Counted from the first letter of the stretch, positions 10,678 to 22,471 are shown. The stretch is DNA of 64,000 nucleotides from Desulfatiglandales bacterium (GCA_963667015.2 CAXXJJ010000004.1:3680001-3744000); one strand, 5' to 3'. Program-made: numbers and translations. Notes: generated by a model from the letters alone, not told the origin.

Positions 10678-13600
10678 TTATTTTATCTGGATTCGCTTGC
10701 CTGATTTAATCGCTTCTTCAAGCTCTTTTCTGAGGGTATCAATAAACTGATTAATATCATCATTGTCTTCAAGGTAACTCTTAACAGCGTATTCCGAAGG
10801 TTTTATAACACAACGTTGTTTTATCTTTGGTGGCTCTTTAGTGCCATCTTGTTTTGATTCTGCTTTCTTTTTCACATAATCTTCAATCTTTTCAAAGGCA
10901 TCGTTAAAAGCTTTTTCTGCCTGTTGTTTCATTTGTTCCAGATGAGCTATACTTTCGAGATCATTAACATTATTTTTCAGACTTTCAATAGAACTTATAC
11001 AGGAATATTTGAGGTCTCCATCTCCCTGTACTGAGTCTATTTCTTTTTCAATCTCTGAAATAAACTGATCGATCACCTGCATCACATCAACTTTGTGCTG
11101 CTCTAAAAGACTGATGTTAACAGCCTCTACAGTGCTGATGAGCCCTTCGGCTTCATGGATAATTCCATAAGGAGCTTTAGAGGTAAGAATTTCATTCATG
11201 CGCTGTAAAGCACCGGCAGCTTCTTTATCCTGTTCAATGTCCAGGCTGTTTAATTTGAACCGATTATAAGCTGAGCGGAGTTTATCCCAGGTCGGTTTCT
11301 GGTGTTCATAGAACTGTTCAAGGGTATGAAATTCATCAGCAAGATCAAGGAGGTCATCCTTTTTATCATTTACCCTCTGTATCAGTTTATAACTTTCATT
11401 ACAGTTTATAAGCGGGCTAATAAGGTTAACAGCTTCTGTTATCTCCTCTCTTCCGGGATAACCACCTGATTCAGCAAGCGGTTTAAATCTGTTAAGTGCA
11501 GATTCCCACAGTTTTAGTTTTTCTTTGTAGAAGGCATACAGGGCATCTTCATTATCCGGCCCCATCTCAGAAAAAATATCCTGACCCAGTTTCCGTGCTT
11601 TTTGCATGGCAGCAGGATCTGATGTTACTCTTTTATGAATGGTTATTTTACGCCACTTTGCAGGGGTTTTAATATTTTCAAAGACCTTATCAGGAGGCAG
11701 GGTATCGCCATCCATTTTGAGGCTTATTTCTCCGAGCATGAGCAGTCTGCAGACAATGAGAATTATTTCCCATTCAGGCCATCCATAGGGTCTTAATGAA
11801 TATCGTTTTTCTATCATGTCATGAATAATAATAGCCTGGTTCTTGATGCTGCACAGCTCGATATAATTACGTACATCATCTATAGCGCTGGGGTTATTTT
11901 CTTCCAGCTTAAGATTTAAACTTAACTGGGTGACATCATTGCTTTTGAGTACTGCCTGAATTTCTCTTAAAGGCTCCGGATTGGGATGCTTAAGGTAACT
12001 CATTTTATTGAATGTATTTGAGATAAGGTATTCCAGGGCTTCTTCAACACATGAAAAAGGTGTTGATGCTTTAATCTGTAACTGAGAACCGGCAGCAAAA
12101 TATGCAGCCTCCATTATTTGATCACTGAGGAGCTTATTCAGGTGCTCTCGCCTGGCCCGGTTTTCATCTGCGTTATCCCTTAATATGCGTTTTGTTGTAT
12201 CGGGCAGACCGGTGTCACTTTTTGTTTTAAGATATTTTTCTGTCTGGGCATAAACACGTAATTCTCTTCCCAGCCTTTCATCATCCCTTAACCTGATGAG
12301 TATCTGACCGCCTTCATTACTGCTTTCAAGGACGCATTTTGAGTCGCCATATAAAGAGTAGTCATCAAACAGAGGTGAAATAACAGAAATGATAAGACCA
12401 CCATCCAGGCGGTTACCGACCGGGAACATGTCGCAGAGCCTGGTGTATTGGAAGTCCATCTTGTTTTTTGAGTACCGGTGTTTCTTCTGGCCCCTGAGGA
12501 TATCTTCGAAGATAATTTCTCCAAGCAATCTGCTTTCATCGGATGTGCTTAGCTCAACTCCCTTTATTTCCCTGCTTACATCCCTCTCCTCATTTGTAAG
12601 AAAGAAATAGTTGTCCCCACTTCGGCTTATAAGTGTTTCGGATTCAAGCCTCTCAAGGCTTGCCTCTATCTTATTACGTAATAAATGTCTGTCAGTGTCT
12701 ATTTCATCGATACACAGTGTAACGAGGTTATCTACATTGCCTTTAATTTCTTCTACATACCGGATCAGGAAAAGGACCTGCAGCAGTTTTATATCGTATG
12801 GCTCAAGGCTGGGATTGTCGGAGGCCTGCTCAATCGTTCTTTTAACCGTTGTATCGAGAAAGCTGTCAATGGATGGATAAAACTCATATAACGGCACAAG
12901 GACATCTGCCTCTTTCATTGCCACGCTCTTGGCGGCGGACTGAAAGGCATCAAGCATGGAACGTTCACCTTTGGCAAGATGAAGACCGGTTACACCAACC
13001 CGCCTGATGACCTCAAATATTTTCTGTAAAAGAAGGAACTGGTATGGGACAAATGGGTAGTTTTTATAAAATTCATCTGCATCAGAGAAGGATTTGAGCG
13101 TCATCCCGCAATCCCTGAATGATAACTGATTGCGGAGAATATCCCCTTTTTCATTAAAGATAGCCTTAAGTTCATCAATAACCGCTTCATTTTTTTCCAG
13201 AATACGCTTTCTTATGACTTCATCAGCGTTTGCACTTGATAGAGAGAGTCGGGTCTGAAAACGCCCCTGAATTTTGGAAAAGTCATTTCTGCTGGCTGTT
13301 CTGAGCTCGCCTATTACTTTATCTATATCTTCCTGAGAGGTAACAATTACCCATGCCCTGCCTTTACACATTGTACCAAGATCTTCAGCTATGGTTTGCA
13401 GGTTAAGCATAAGGTGGCCGTCGGTACCGATAAACTGGCCTATTTCATCAACAAGAAAAACAAGGCGGCTGCTGTTTCCTTTTAATTCAAGATATTCCAT
13501 TACCCATTTAGAGAAATTTTCTATTGTAAGGGAGAAATTGTTCTCAGAGTTGTCCACCCATTTTTCGGCTGTTTCAAGACTCTGGCCGAGTGTCTTCATA

Positions 13601-14265
13601 AAGGCTTCAACAACCTGATCACGATTAAACTCATAGGCGTCACGTTCATCAACCCATTCGGTGCCGGTAATTTCCCTGTAATGGTCATGGAACTCTTTAA
13701 GCTTTCCTTTGCTATCCAGGTAGCGCTCCATATGGGCAATATGAGGATGATCCCCGTCATACCCCTGTGCTTCATTCAGCACTTTTAAAAAGACCGATAG
13801 AATGGCATTTCTGCCGGAGGTGCTGTCTGCCTTACTGTCTATATTGAAGAGGATAACTTCGGTATCTGATCCTGCGGCCCTTTTAATATCACCGAGCAGC
13901 ATAGCATCCTTGACCTTTTCTTCAAAAAATTCAAGGGCCTGCTTGTTTTGGCCATTTGAGGTGAGATCTATATTACCCAGAAGATAAGACAACACCTTAA
14001 GGAAATGAGATTTACCTGAACCGAAGAAACCTGATATCCAGACACCCATTTTGCTGGTTATGGCAGGATCGTTGGAGTTATCCATGACCTCCAGATAGGT
14101 AGAAAGGAACTTCCTGAAATATTTATCAAGCTCTCTTGTAAAAACAAATTCATCAAGTTCCTGCCACACTGAGCTGTCATCAAGTTGATGGGCTTTTACA
14201 ACCCCGTTAATTGATCGAAATATGTCTTTTTTAAATATGGTATTTATCTGCATGCTCTGCCTCAT
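10678..14265 (-). CDS. brxC: BREX P-loop ATPase BrxC
   Basis: WISGFFGSGKSH Walker A, VDEIGQFI, TSQEDI, FSKIQGRF. Confidence 0.96.
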   Translation of the reverse strand: MRQSMQINTIFKKDIFRSINGVVKAHQLDDSSVWQELDEFVFTRELDKYFRKFLSTYLEVMDNSNDPAITSKMGVWISGFFGSGKSHFLKVLSYLLGNIDLTSNGQNKQALEFFEEKVKDAMLLGDIKRAAGSDTEVILFNIDSKADSTSGRNAILSVFLKVLNEAQGYDGDHPHIAHMERYLDSKGKLKEFHDHYREITGTEWVDERDAYEFNRDQVVEAFMKTLGQSLETAEKWVDNSENNFSLTIENFSKWVMEYLELKGNSSRLVFLVDEIGQFIGTDGHLMLNLQTIAEDLGTMCKGRAWVIVTSQEDIDKVIGELRTASRNDFSKIQGRFQTRLSLSSANADEVIRKRILEKNEAVIDELKAIFNEKGDILRNQLSFRDCGMTLKSFSDADEFYKNYPFVPYQFLLLQKIFEVIRRVGVTGLHLAKGERSMLDAFQSAAKSVAMKEADVLVPLYEFYPSIDSFLDTTVKRTIEQASDNPSLEPYDIKLLQVLFLIRYVEEIKGNVDNLVTLCIDEIDTDRHLLRNKIEASLERLESETLISRSGDNYFFLTNEERDVSREIKGVELSTSDESRLLGEIIFEDILRGQKKHRYSKNKMDFQYTRLCDMFPVGNRLDGGLIISVISPLFDDYSLYGDSKCVLESSNEGGQILIRLRDDERLGRELRVYAQTEKYLKTKSDTGLPDTTKRILRDNADENRARREHLNKLLSDQIMEAAYFAAGSQLQIKASTPFSCVEEALEYLISNTFNKMSYLKHPNPEPLREIQAVLKSNDVTQLSLNLKLEENNPSAIDDVRNYIELCSIKNQAIIIHDMIEKRYSLRPYGWPEWEIILIVCRLLMLGEISLKMDGDTLPPDKVFENIKTPAKWRKITIHKRVTSDPAAMQKARKLGQDIFSEMGPDNEDALYAFYKEKLKLWESALNRFKPLAESGGYPGREEITEAVNLISPLINCNESYKLIQRVNDKKDDLLDLADEFHTLEQFYEHQKPTWDKLRSAYNRFKLNSLDIEQDKEAAGALQRMNEILTSKAPYGIIHEAEGLISTVEAVNISLLEQHKVDVMQVIDQFISEIEKEIDSVQGDGDLKYSCISSIESLKNNVNDLESIAHLEQMKQQAEKAFNDAFEKIEDYVKKKAESKQDGTKEPPKIKQRCVIKPSEYAVKSYLEDNDDINQFIDTLRKELEEAIKSGKRIQIK

Positions 14266-14840
14266 TAGGGAACGAGTTTGAAGGCTCTGTAGTAATTATT
14301 ACTTTTTATTTTTCCGAACAACCTTAAGGTTTTTCCATCATATCTACCGGGATAAAACATGATTAAAGGAGTTTTACCCATTACAGTTTGGAGATTATTT
14401 AACAGGTTATGAGACCTGACAAGGGGCCACACGCTTCCTACACCTGAAATAAAAACAAGGTCCTGCTCTTCTGGCTGGCACTCATCGGCAAAAACCCTGA
14501 CGAGCGCCTCGGTTTTGAGAGGACCACTCAGGGCTTTCATGAGGGCCGTATCACCCTGATCCCTTTGTTTATCAAAAGACTTATCAAGGAGATTACGCTT
14601 CTTCAGGTAATCCAGGATAAGGGTAAAAAGATTAATGTGCTTTACTTTAATATCTGGCCTGTGCTTGGGGATATGCTCGATAAGGAAGGATATAAACTCC
14701 CGGATATTGAGCTCATCCTCTGGAGGGTAATCAAATATATAAAAGGCTATTTCATTACCCAGCCCTTTACTGCTGAGGAATTCTGTTGATGTAATCTTGG
14801 GCAGGACTTCGTTCATTCGCTGAGTTAAGAATTCGTTCAT
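14265..14840 (-). CDS. brxB: BREX protein BrxB (DUF1788)
   Basis: GLGNEIAFYIFDYPP, RSHNLLNNL, FYPGRYDG, NYYRAF. Confidence 0.95.
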   Translation of the reverse strand: MNEFLTQRMNEVLPKITSTEFLSSKGLGNEIAFYIFDYPPEDELNIREFISFLIEHIPKHRPDIKVKHINLFTLILDYLKKRNLLDKSFDKQRDQGDTALMKALSGPLKTEALVRVFADECQPEEQDLVFISGVGSVWPLVRSHNLLNNLQTVMGKTPLIMFYPGRYDGKTLRLFGKIKSNNYYRAFKLVP

Positions 14841-15427
14841 GGAGTCACCTGAATACAGCGTAAAACATATTTTTCATTATTTCTTTCTAAATATTTCATT
14901 ACCGGAGTAGCAATATGCACATTCTGTAATTTTCTGGTCTTTGTGCTTTCAATATAGCCAGCCTGGGCTAACATCTGAAAAACTGATGAACTGAGCCGCT
15001 TACGTGTTCCTTCCTTCCAGGTTGCCACAGCAGGGTCTCTCCGCTGGCAGTCATTCAAGTATTCATCCCATAGCTTGTTTGATAATATTGGATTGAATAT
15101 TCGGAACTGTTCCCTGACAACCTGATCTAAAAAATCACCCAGTAACCGGCTATGCTTAACAGCGGAGGCAAGGACCGCATGTGTCGCTGTTTCACCTGCA
15201 CCATCCCTTACCAATTTCCACAGTTCAGGAGTCATTAACTCAAGGCGTTTTTTTATTAACCTGGCAAGGCGAATGGCTGTAGCTCCGGATCTCGCCTGCA
15301 GTATATTTTCATCAACTACAGCCTTTTTAAACTCTTCCTTGGTAACACCATTTAAAAGCAGATCCGCGATTATACGGCTTTCTGTAACTTTTAATGACCC
15401 GGCTGTTATATCGGCACTATATTTCAT
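14837..15427 (-). CDS. brxA: BREX protein BrxA (DUF1819)
   Basis: MKYSADITAGSLKVTESRIIA; first gene of the operon; ATG 15427 preferred over the ORF-track start. Confidence 0.93.
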   Translation of the reverse strand: MKYSADITAGSLKVTESRIIADLLLNGVTKEEFKKAVVDENILQARSGATAIRLARLIKKRLELMTPELWKLVRDGAGETATHAVLASAVKHSRLLGDFLDQVVREQFRIFNPILSNKLWDEYLNDCQRRDPAVATWKEGTRKRLSSSVFQMLAQAGYIESTKTRKLQNVHIATPVMKYLERNNEKYVLRCIQVTP

Positions 15428-15615
15428 GGTTAAAGTCAGCAAAAAGGTGTCTGCATAAATTACTTTATTACATAATTATGAATTTAATAATCAAATAATG
15501 GGAATTGTTTTATTTTTTGAATAATTTGTTGTAGCAGAAAATTATATCAGGAGCAATTTTTTAATTATAATAAGGGGAACTACCTTTTGGTGCCCTTATC
15601 AATATGTGAAATGGA

Positions 15616-15643
15616 GTTCCCCACTACAAAGCAGCGGGGTAAC
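15616..15643. repeat. Short REP-like imperfect palindrome (CCCC...AAGCAGCGGGG)
   Basis: Shares AAGCAGCGGGG with the element at 49601-49695. Confidence 0.5.
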
Positions 15644-15736
15644 CGATTAATAATATAGCCAGATGCTCTCAGAACAAACTTCAGATTATAAACAGAATAT
15701 AGTGACTTGAAGAGCCTTATTTTGATCTTTACTTCG

Positions 15737-16141
15737 TTAAGATTGAGAATCAGTAGCCAGTTTCACAGCCTTCTGGGTTGTTATTGCCAGTCTATGCATA
15801 AGGGATTCAAAGAGGGTTTTTAACCTGGGAGAGATAGATTCATATTCCTTTAGTAAAAGCTGGGTATCAAGCAGGGCAACTTTTACATTGGTTTCTGCAA
15901 TGACAGAGGCTGTCCTGGAGACTTTACCTAACTGCCATAACACCATTTCACCAAAAATTTCACCCTCCATAAGTGTATCAACCGTGACCAGGCCTTTTGC
16001 AGTCATTTTTTTTACCTTAACCGTTCCCTCCAGTATCAAATATACCCAGTCTCCCTGGGTTCCCTCTTTTATGATAGTATGACCTTTTTCGTATTCTTCT
16101 TCGTGTGAAATATAGGGGTATAAAAAGCTATCTATTGCCAT
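15737..16141 (-). CDS. Stand-alone cyclic-nucleotide-binding domain protein
   Basis: IIKEG..GDWVYLILEG, GEIFGEM, RTASVIA. Confidence 0.9.
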   Translation of the reverse strand: MAIDSFLYPYISHEEEYEKGHTIIKEGTQGDWVYLILEGTVKVKKMTAKGLVTVDTLMEGEIFGEMVLWQLGKVSRTASVIAETNVKVALLDTQLLLKEYESISPRLKTLFESLMHRLAITTQKAVKLATDSQS

Positions 16142-16159
16142 AACCGGAAAATCCTTTCA

Positions 16160-16939
16160 TCAGGGCATCATAAAAAAGCCAAGATTTTTACTGGAATGCT
16201 CTGACATATCTAAAAAAGAAACCCCCAGGAAAAAAGAAGTTATCAACTTTCCTTCCCTGATACTGACCAGCTTACATGTGATCTCGATGTCCTTTTTATT
16301 TGGAAGGGTTGTATTTAAAATAAAATCCTCACCAACTCTGTAGGGGAATATGGGGCTGTTCAAAGGCATCACCTCCAGTCCTGCGCCACCAAGGCTGATA
16401 TCCTTGATGGTCCCGGCTAATTTAGCTTTTGCGCCCGAATACAAGGAAGTACAATTAAATGGCAGGCTGACCTTTTTTCTGAAATAACGCCTTTTTGACT
16501 CCCGAGGCTCTCCGATTTTCGGACTTTGCAGTTTCTTTCTTTTCTGGTCAGCAAGCTTGACTACGAGTTTGTTTATCCTTGCAAGCCGTTTCAAGGTCTG
16601 ATCAGCAAGAAACCTGATTATTGGAGGCATTTGCTCATATTCCATTTTCAGCATTCTTGGATGCCATACCTCAAGCAGACTGTCTTCTGCGGCCCTTGCA
16701 GAGGCAGCCCTCTGCTCTATCTCATCGCTGAGAAAAGTCATCTCACCTATGACAGCACCAGGACCAAGGCTTGCAAGCGGAATTACTGCATCATCAGCCT
16801 CGGAATATATAGTGATTTTACCTTCAATTATTTTATAAATAGAAAGGCCATAGTCGCCTTCTTTTATAATCAAATCCCCCTTTTTATACCTTAGACGGAC
16901 AAGAGGAGGTTCATTTTTCTGTTTCTGGTTTTCAGACAT
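16160..16939 (-). CDS. cNMP-binding domain + PilZ domain protein
   Basis: GAVIGEM...RAASARA; PilZ motifs RRYFR and DISLGG. Confidence 0.88.
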   Translation of the reverse strand: MSENQKQKNEPPLVRLRYKKGDLIIKEGDYGLSIYKIIEGKITIYSEADDAVIPLASLGPGAVIGEMTFLSDEIEQRAASARAAEDSLLEVWHPRMLKMEYEQMPPIIRFLADQTLKRLARINKLVVKLADQKRKKLQSPKIGEPRESKRRYFRKKVSLPFNCTSLYSGAKAKLAGTIKDISLGGAGLEVMPLNSPIFPYRVGEDFILNTTLPNKKDIEITCKLVSIREGKLITSFFLGVSFLDMSEHSSKNLGFFMMP

Positions 16940-16964
16940 ATCAGTTGTTTTCTATAGGCCGGGT

Positions 16965-17918
16965 TTAGTTTCTTCTAAAAATATTAATAATTTTGTCTCT
17001 AAAGAGAATGGGACTTCCTTTATCAGGCAGAGCCTTTCCGGAAAGCCGGTACTTTTCTATGGCTACTGCTACGGGGCCAATAAGGCTGTTAAGAAGAAAC
17101 TGGTCTTTTTTACGAAAACCATAAGGTTTTATTGACTCGATATAGATAGCCCCAAGAACCTCTTCACCACTTATTATCGGTACGCACATTGCAGATTTAA
17201 TCTCAAGGGTGTCCCCCTTTTCAATAAAAGATTGGGGCAGTTCAAATTCGGTATTGGACATTCTTATTGTCTTCTGTTCATTAATAACTCTGCTGATTAT
17301 TTCATTTTTATATCTTGAGGTTGTTTTTTCATGTGTATCGGGGATAATCTCAACCATATTTTTTATGCTGGTCTTTTGATTATATGATAAAAAAACACTT
17401 GCATGGTCGAGCCTGGGGAGAGCCTCAAGGACCAGACTGAGAAATTCCTTGAAAAAGGCATCCATATCCATTTGTTTTTTCAGAAGTTCAGAAACATTAT
17501 AAACCAGTTCAAGTTCTTTTGACGAGCGCCGGTCGGCTTTTTGTGTATCCTCTGAAGGTGTTTCTTTCTGCTTTTCTTTCGCCGGAGGAATGATTTTCGG
17601 TAGAGATCCCCCTTCTCCGGAAACAATCAACTGCATAACGGTGTTACCAACTGATATGGAATCTCCTTCATTAACCTGAAATCCTTCACCCGGTTCAATA
17701 GGTTCACCATTAACCAGTGTCCCGTGCTTGCTGTTCAGATCTTCAACAAAAAAGCTCTTGCCGATTTTGAATATCTTGAAATGCTTTCGCGATACCGCAA
17801 TTTCCAGTATTGCAATATCGTTCATTTTCGGGCTTCTTCCGCAGAAGACAACCTCCTTGGATCCCAGATCAAAGACTTGGTCCTTTAAGGGGCCCTTTAT
17901 TACTACAAGTTTAGGCAT
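16965..17918 (-). CDS. FHA + GAF domain protein
   Basis: FHA GR...VSRKH...DLNSKHGTLVNG; GAF SAMCVPI...LGAIYIES. Confidence 0.88.
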   Translation of the reverse strand: MPKLVVIKGPLKDQVFDLGSKEVVFCGRSPKMNDIAILEIAVSRKHFKIFKIGKSFFVEDLNSKHGTLVNGEPIEPGEGFQVNEGDSISVGNTVMQLIVSGEGGSLPKIIPPAKEKQKETPSEDTQKADRRSSKELELVYNVSELLKKQMDMDAFFKEFLSLVLEALPRLDHASVFLSYNQKTSIKNMVEIIPDTHEKTTSRYKNEIISRVINEQKTIRMSNTEFELPQSFIEKGDTLEIKSAMCVPIISGEEVLGAIYIESIKPYGFRKKDQFLLNSLIGPVAVAIEKYRLSGKALPDKGSPILFRDKIINIFRRN

Positions 17919-18458
17919 ATAAGTTAGACCTTCGCATTTTTATTTAAAAAATACCGGGCGGTAAACTATTAATAAATATTGATAACAAGAAAAACAATCA
18001 AAAAATGATCTCCCTCTCTAATTTTCTCCTTTTCCTGTAAAAAAACTCGAAAATTTAAAAAACAGGATAGGTTTAAAGGCGATTCAGGATTTATCCGGAG
18101 AGATACAGTTAATATGGGCAAATTTTCCCTACAATATCAACAATCCATATTCAGTCAAACATTAAAGAAAATCATTTATAATTTTTGGTTAAAAATTTCC
18201 AGTAATTATCAAGCAACATATATGCCACATAGGACTTTAATTATTTTACATATATTATTAGACACTTACAGAACAACAGGCACATGTCACAGGCAATACA
18301 TGTAAATACCTGCCACTTTTATATGTAATTCACTTCCTTTTAATGGCATTTATTTACATCTTTTCTTTTCCAGTTTTTTTTAGTTATTTCATTATCTGCG
18401 CATTCGATCTGGATCACAACCAGAATAAAGAATAATCCTCTTGACATGCCTGGAAAAC

Positions 18459-18497
18459 AAAAAAAGCCGTAACCAGTTAAAGGTTACGGCTTTTTTT
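18459..18497 (-). terminator. Intrinsic terminator downstream of tRNA-Leu
   Basis: AAAAAAAGCCGTAACC-loop-GGTTACGGCTTTTTTT. Confidence 0.85.
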
Positions 18498-18502
18498 ATA
18501 TA

Positions 18503-18590
18503 TGGTGCCGAAGGCGGGATTTGAACCCGCACAGGCGTCCGCCCACATGGCCCTCAACCATGCGTGTCTACCAAGTTCCACCACTTCGGC
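18503..18590 (-). tRNA. tRNA-Leu(GAG)
   Basis: Reverse complement GCCGAAGTGGTGGAA...CATGG-TTGAGGG-CCATG...GTTCAAATC...CACCA, long variable arm; follows secG as usual. Confidence 0.97.
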
Positions 18591-18605
18591 AAAGGGTATA
18601 ACTAA

Positions 18606-18926
18606 TTAATTACTTTCCGGCTCCGCTGGCACGCTGGAAGCGCTTTCTTCCTGCGCAACAGGTGCATTAACCTTGGCGCCGTCCATAATAGATTCACTTT
18701 TACCTTTTCCCATTGTCGCAAGAAAAAGTGATGTGATCATAAATATCACCGCCGCGGCTGTAGTCACCTTTGACAAAAAGGAGGAAGCTCCTGCCCCGCC
18801 GAAAACTGCCTGGCTTGAACCACCAAAGGCCGCTCCCATGTCAGCACCCTTACCCTTCTGAAGAAGGACTATAAAAATAAGTGCAACACAAACCACGACA
18901 TGTATTATTGTGACAACTATACTCAT
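18606..18926 (-). CDS. secG: Preprotein translocase subunit SecG
   Basis: VLLQKGKGADMGAAFGG. Confidence 0.96.
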   Translation of the reverse strand: MSIVVTIIHVVVCVALIFIVLLQKGKGADMGAAFGGSSQAVFGGAGASSFLSKVTTAAAVIFMITSLFLATMGKGKSESIMDGAKVNAPVAQEESASSVPAEPESN

Positions 18927-19093
18927 TTTTTATCCCTGATTCCTGCTGGCTCAAACAGCGAGAAATCTAATTAAAATAATATAAGAATTCGCAAATATAA
19001 AGACAAAAATTGAAAAAAGCAACATTTTTTTAATGTTGAGCATTGTTAATGTTAAAAAATAATCTCAACCGAAAACATACAACATTCAAACTG

Positions 19094-19858
19094 CTATTTA
19101 TAATTTATTATCCCTAAAAAAGAATCTGCCTTGAGACTTGCGCCCCCAACCAGGGCGCCGTCAATATCAGCCCTGGACATCAGATCAGCTGCGTTATCGG
19201 GCTTTACGCTTCCGCCGTACAGAATTCTTATTTTATCAGAGCTTTCCTGATTAAAATTCTCCTTTAGCCAGTTTCTGATAAACAGGTGTACTTCCTGGGC
19301 CTGTTCCGGTGTTGCTGTAAGGCCCGTACCGATTGCCCAGACCGGTTCATAGGCAATTATTGTACTTGCCGGGATACTTCCTTTTGAGCTGAAACAGGCC
19401 AGGGATCCTTCAAGCTGTGCTCTGATGATATCAAAGGTTTTTCCGGCTTCTCTTTCTTCTATGGTCTCACCTATACATACAATGGGTATCAAATCTGCCT
19501 GGATGGCTGCTTCAACCTTTTTATTGACCATTTCACTTGACTCACCAAAAATGCTTCTTCTTTCCGAATGCCCCAGTATTACATGTGTACAGCCATTTTC
19601 AACAAGCATCTGAGGTGCGACTTCACCGGTATAGGCTCCGCTTGACTCGTAATGCATGTTCTGTGCTGACAATATAATACTGCTGCCTCCAATAGCGTCT
19701 TTTACAGCCGGAATATTTATAAAGGGGGGAGCAACAAGCACATCAACATTATTTACATTCTTTATTCCTTCCCCTATGGATTTTACCAGGCCGCATGATT
19801 CCTCTATCCCGAGGTTCATTTTCCAGTTTCCTGCAATCATTGGTGTCCGTCCAGACAT
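19094..19858 (-). CDS. tpiA: Triosephosphate isomerase
   Basis: IAGNWKM, GHSERR, AYEPVWAIGTG; GGAGG RBS supports ATG 19858. Confidence 0.98.
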   Translation of the reverse strand: MSGRTPMIAGNWKMNLGIEESCGLVKSIGEGIKNVNNVDVLVAPPFINIPAVKDAIGGSSIILSAQNMHYESSGAYTGEVAPQMLVENGCTHVILGHSERRSIFGESSEMVNKKVEAAIQADLIPIVCIGETIEEREAGKTFDIIRAQLEGSLACFSSKGSIPASTIIAYEPVWAIGTGLTATPEQAQEVHLFIRNWLKENFNQESSDKIRILYGGSVKPDNAADLMSRADIDGALVGGASLKADSFLGIINYK

Positions 19859-19930
19859 ATAACAACCTCCGTTCCCAAAAAGAATAAGCAGCACCCCTGA
19901 AAAGGAATGCTGCTTAGGTCCTTAAAACTC

Positions 19931-20965
<1,035 letters not shown>

Positions 20966-21088
20966 TTAAATAATAATATTGTGTTTATATAAAGGCCTTG
21001 TCAGGCCTACTTGAAATACATCTATTAAGAAGTCATATCAAGAGTAAAAAGAAAAAAACAGACATTAAACACTGAAACGCCTGAGGGA

Positions 21089-21571
21089 TCAGTAATTTGA
21101 TGCCTCTCCCAATTTTTTTCCAGCAAGATTAAGGACCATAATAACTGCATCCTCTCTGTTATCGCTGTAATAGGCCTTTCTGTGACCGGCTTCAATAAAA
21201 CCGAACTTTTTATATATAGATAATGCCGGGATATTTGACGGCCTGACCTCCAGCCATAAATTTTCTATCCCATCCGCAGCTCCTGCCTCAATAACATTTC
21301 GGAGTAAATTTTTTCCCAGCCCCATATTTCGGTTTTGCGCGTGAACCGCAAAATTTAGAATATGAATTTCTTTGTCGAACATCCAGAAGCAGATATATGC
21401 AAGCAGTCTTTTTTCGAGTATTATTGCCCATAGATTGGAGATACTGTTATTTATTTCTTCCTCGAATGCCTTTGCGCTCCATGGAACAGGAAACGAACTA
21501 TTTTCTATTTCTAATATCTGATCTTTAAATGATAAGAAGTCCGGCCATGCTTTTTTCAGGCTGTAGGTCAT
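21089..21571 (-). CDS. rimI: Ribosomal-protein-alanine N-acetyltransferase
   Basis: LEVRPSN...YKKFGF...RKAYY...EDA. Confidence 0.9.
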   Translation of the reverse strand: MTYSLKKAWPDFLSFKDQILEIENSSFPVPWSAKAFEEEINNSISNLWAIILEKRLLAYICFWMFDKEIHILNFAVHAQNRNMGLGKNLLRNVIEAGAADGIENLWLEVRPSNIPALSIYKKFGFIEAGHRKAYYSDNREDAVIMVLNLAGKKLGEASNY

Positions 21572-21593
21572 TATACCTCTGCCCCGAAGATTA

Positions 21594-21989
21594 TTATTTT
21601 AAAAGATGTCCGGCCAGGGAAATACCCGTTTTGGCAGCGTCACAGGCCTTTTTTGCCAGAGAGCTGAGTTCACACCCATTCCTGTTTTGGGCTATAGCAA
21701 GAACCATGGGAAGGTTAACACCTGTTATTACCTCTACCATCTCGTCCTTGAGAAAAGAGAGACTGATATTCGAAGGGGTGCCGCCAAACATATCAGTAAG
21801 AATTATTACTCCGCTCCCGTCATTCAGGGCGGATATTTTTTCTGCAATCAATTTGTGGATTTCCTCGGAATCGGATGTCTGGGTTATCGATATGGTATCA
21901 GCACCCTTAACACTGCCGACAATGAATTCCGCAGCACTGAGAAATTCCTTTCCAAGGTCACAATGAGTAACGATTAATAAACCTATCAT
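21594..21989 (-). CDS. PTS mannose/fructose-family IIA component
   Basis: IVTH, LTDMFGGTPSN, GVNLPM. Confidence 0.92.
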   Translation of the reverse strand: MIGLLIVTHCDLGKEFLSAAEFIVGSVKGADTISITQTSDSEEIHKLIAEKISALNDGSGVIILTDMFGGTPSNISLSFLKDEMVEVITGVNLPMVLAIAQNRNGCELSSLAKKACDAAKTGISLAGHLLK

Positions 21990-22009
21990 GGCTAGTTCCG
22001 TATGTCCCT

Positions 22010-22471
22010 TTAGAGTTCTTCATCATCATGTGTTATTATTTTATATATTTCTTCTCTGGTTTCAGCCTCAATCAGCTGTTTTCGAAATGAGTTATTTTTT
22101 AATATCTTTGCAATCTTTGCAAGAGCCTTCAAATGGATATTTGCTGAGTCCTCAGGCGCTACCAGCAGAAAAAACAGATAAACCGGCTCGCCATCCATTG
22201 AATCAAAATGAAGGCCGTTGTCACTTCTGCCAAAAGAGATAACAGGTTCGCTGATTCCAGGGACCTTGCCATGAGGGATAGCAACCCCGTCACCAATACC
22301 AGTGCTTCCAAGCCTTTCTCTTTCAAGTAATATTTTAATAAGATCATCCTTTTTAAGGGAAGGACAAGACTCAACAATTACCCCGGCCAGCTCTTCAATA
22401 GCCGTATTTTTATTCCCTGCCTTCAGGGAGACAATTATGTTATTTAAATCTAAGATATCTGCAAGTTTCAT
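22010..22471 (-). CDS. ptsN: PTS IIA-Ntr-like nitrogen regulatory protein
   Basis: RERLGSTGIGDGVAIPHGK; rpoN operon context. Confidence 0.9.
   Translation of the reverse strand: MKLADILDLNNIIVSLKAGNKNTAIEELAGVIVESCPSLKKDDLIKILLERERLGSTGIGDGVAIPHGKVPGISEPVISFGRSDNGLHFDSMDGEPVYLFFLLVAPEDSANIHLKALAKIAKILKNNSFRKQLIEAETREEIYKIITHDDEEL

Noticed and set aside
18000..18450. Intergenic region after tRNA-Leu as an att site or small gene
   Set aside because: No duplicated tRNA end or integrase seen; the 63-aa ORF is unconvincing
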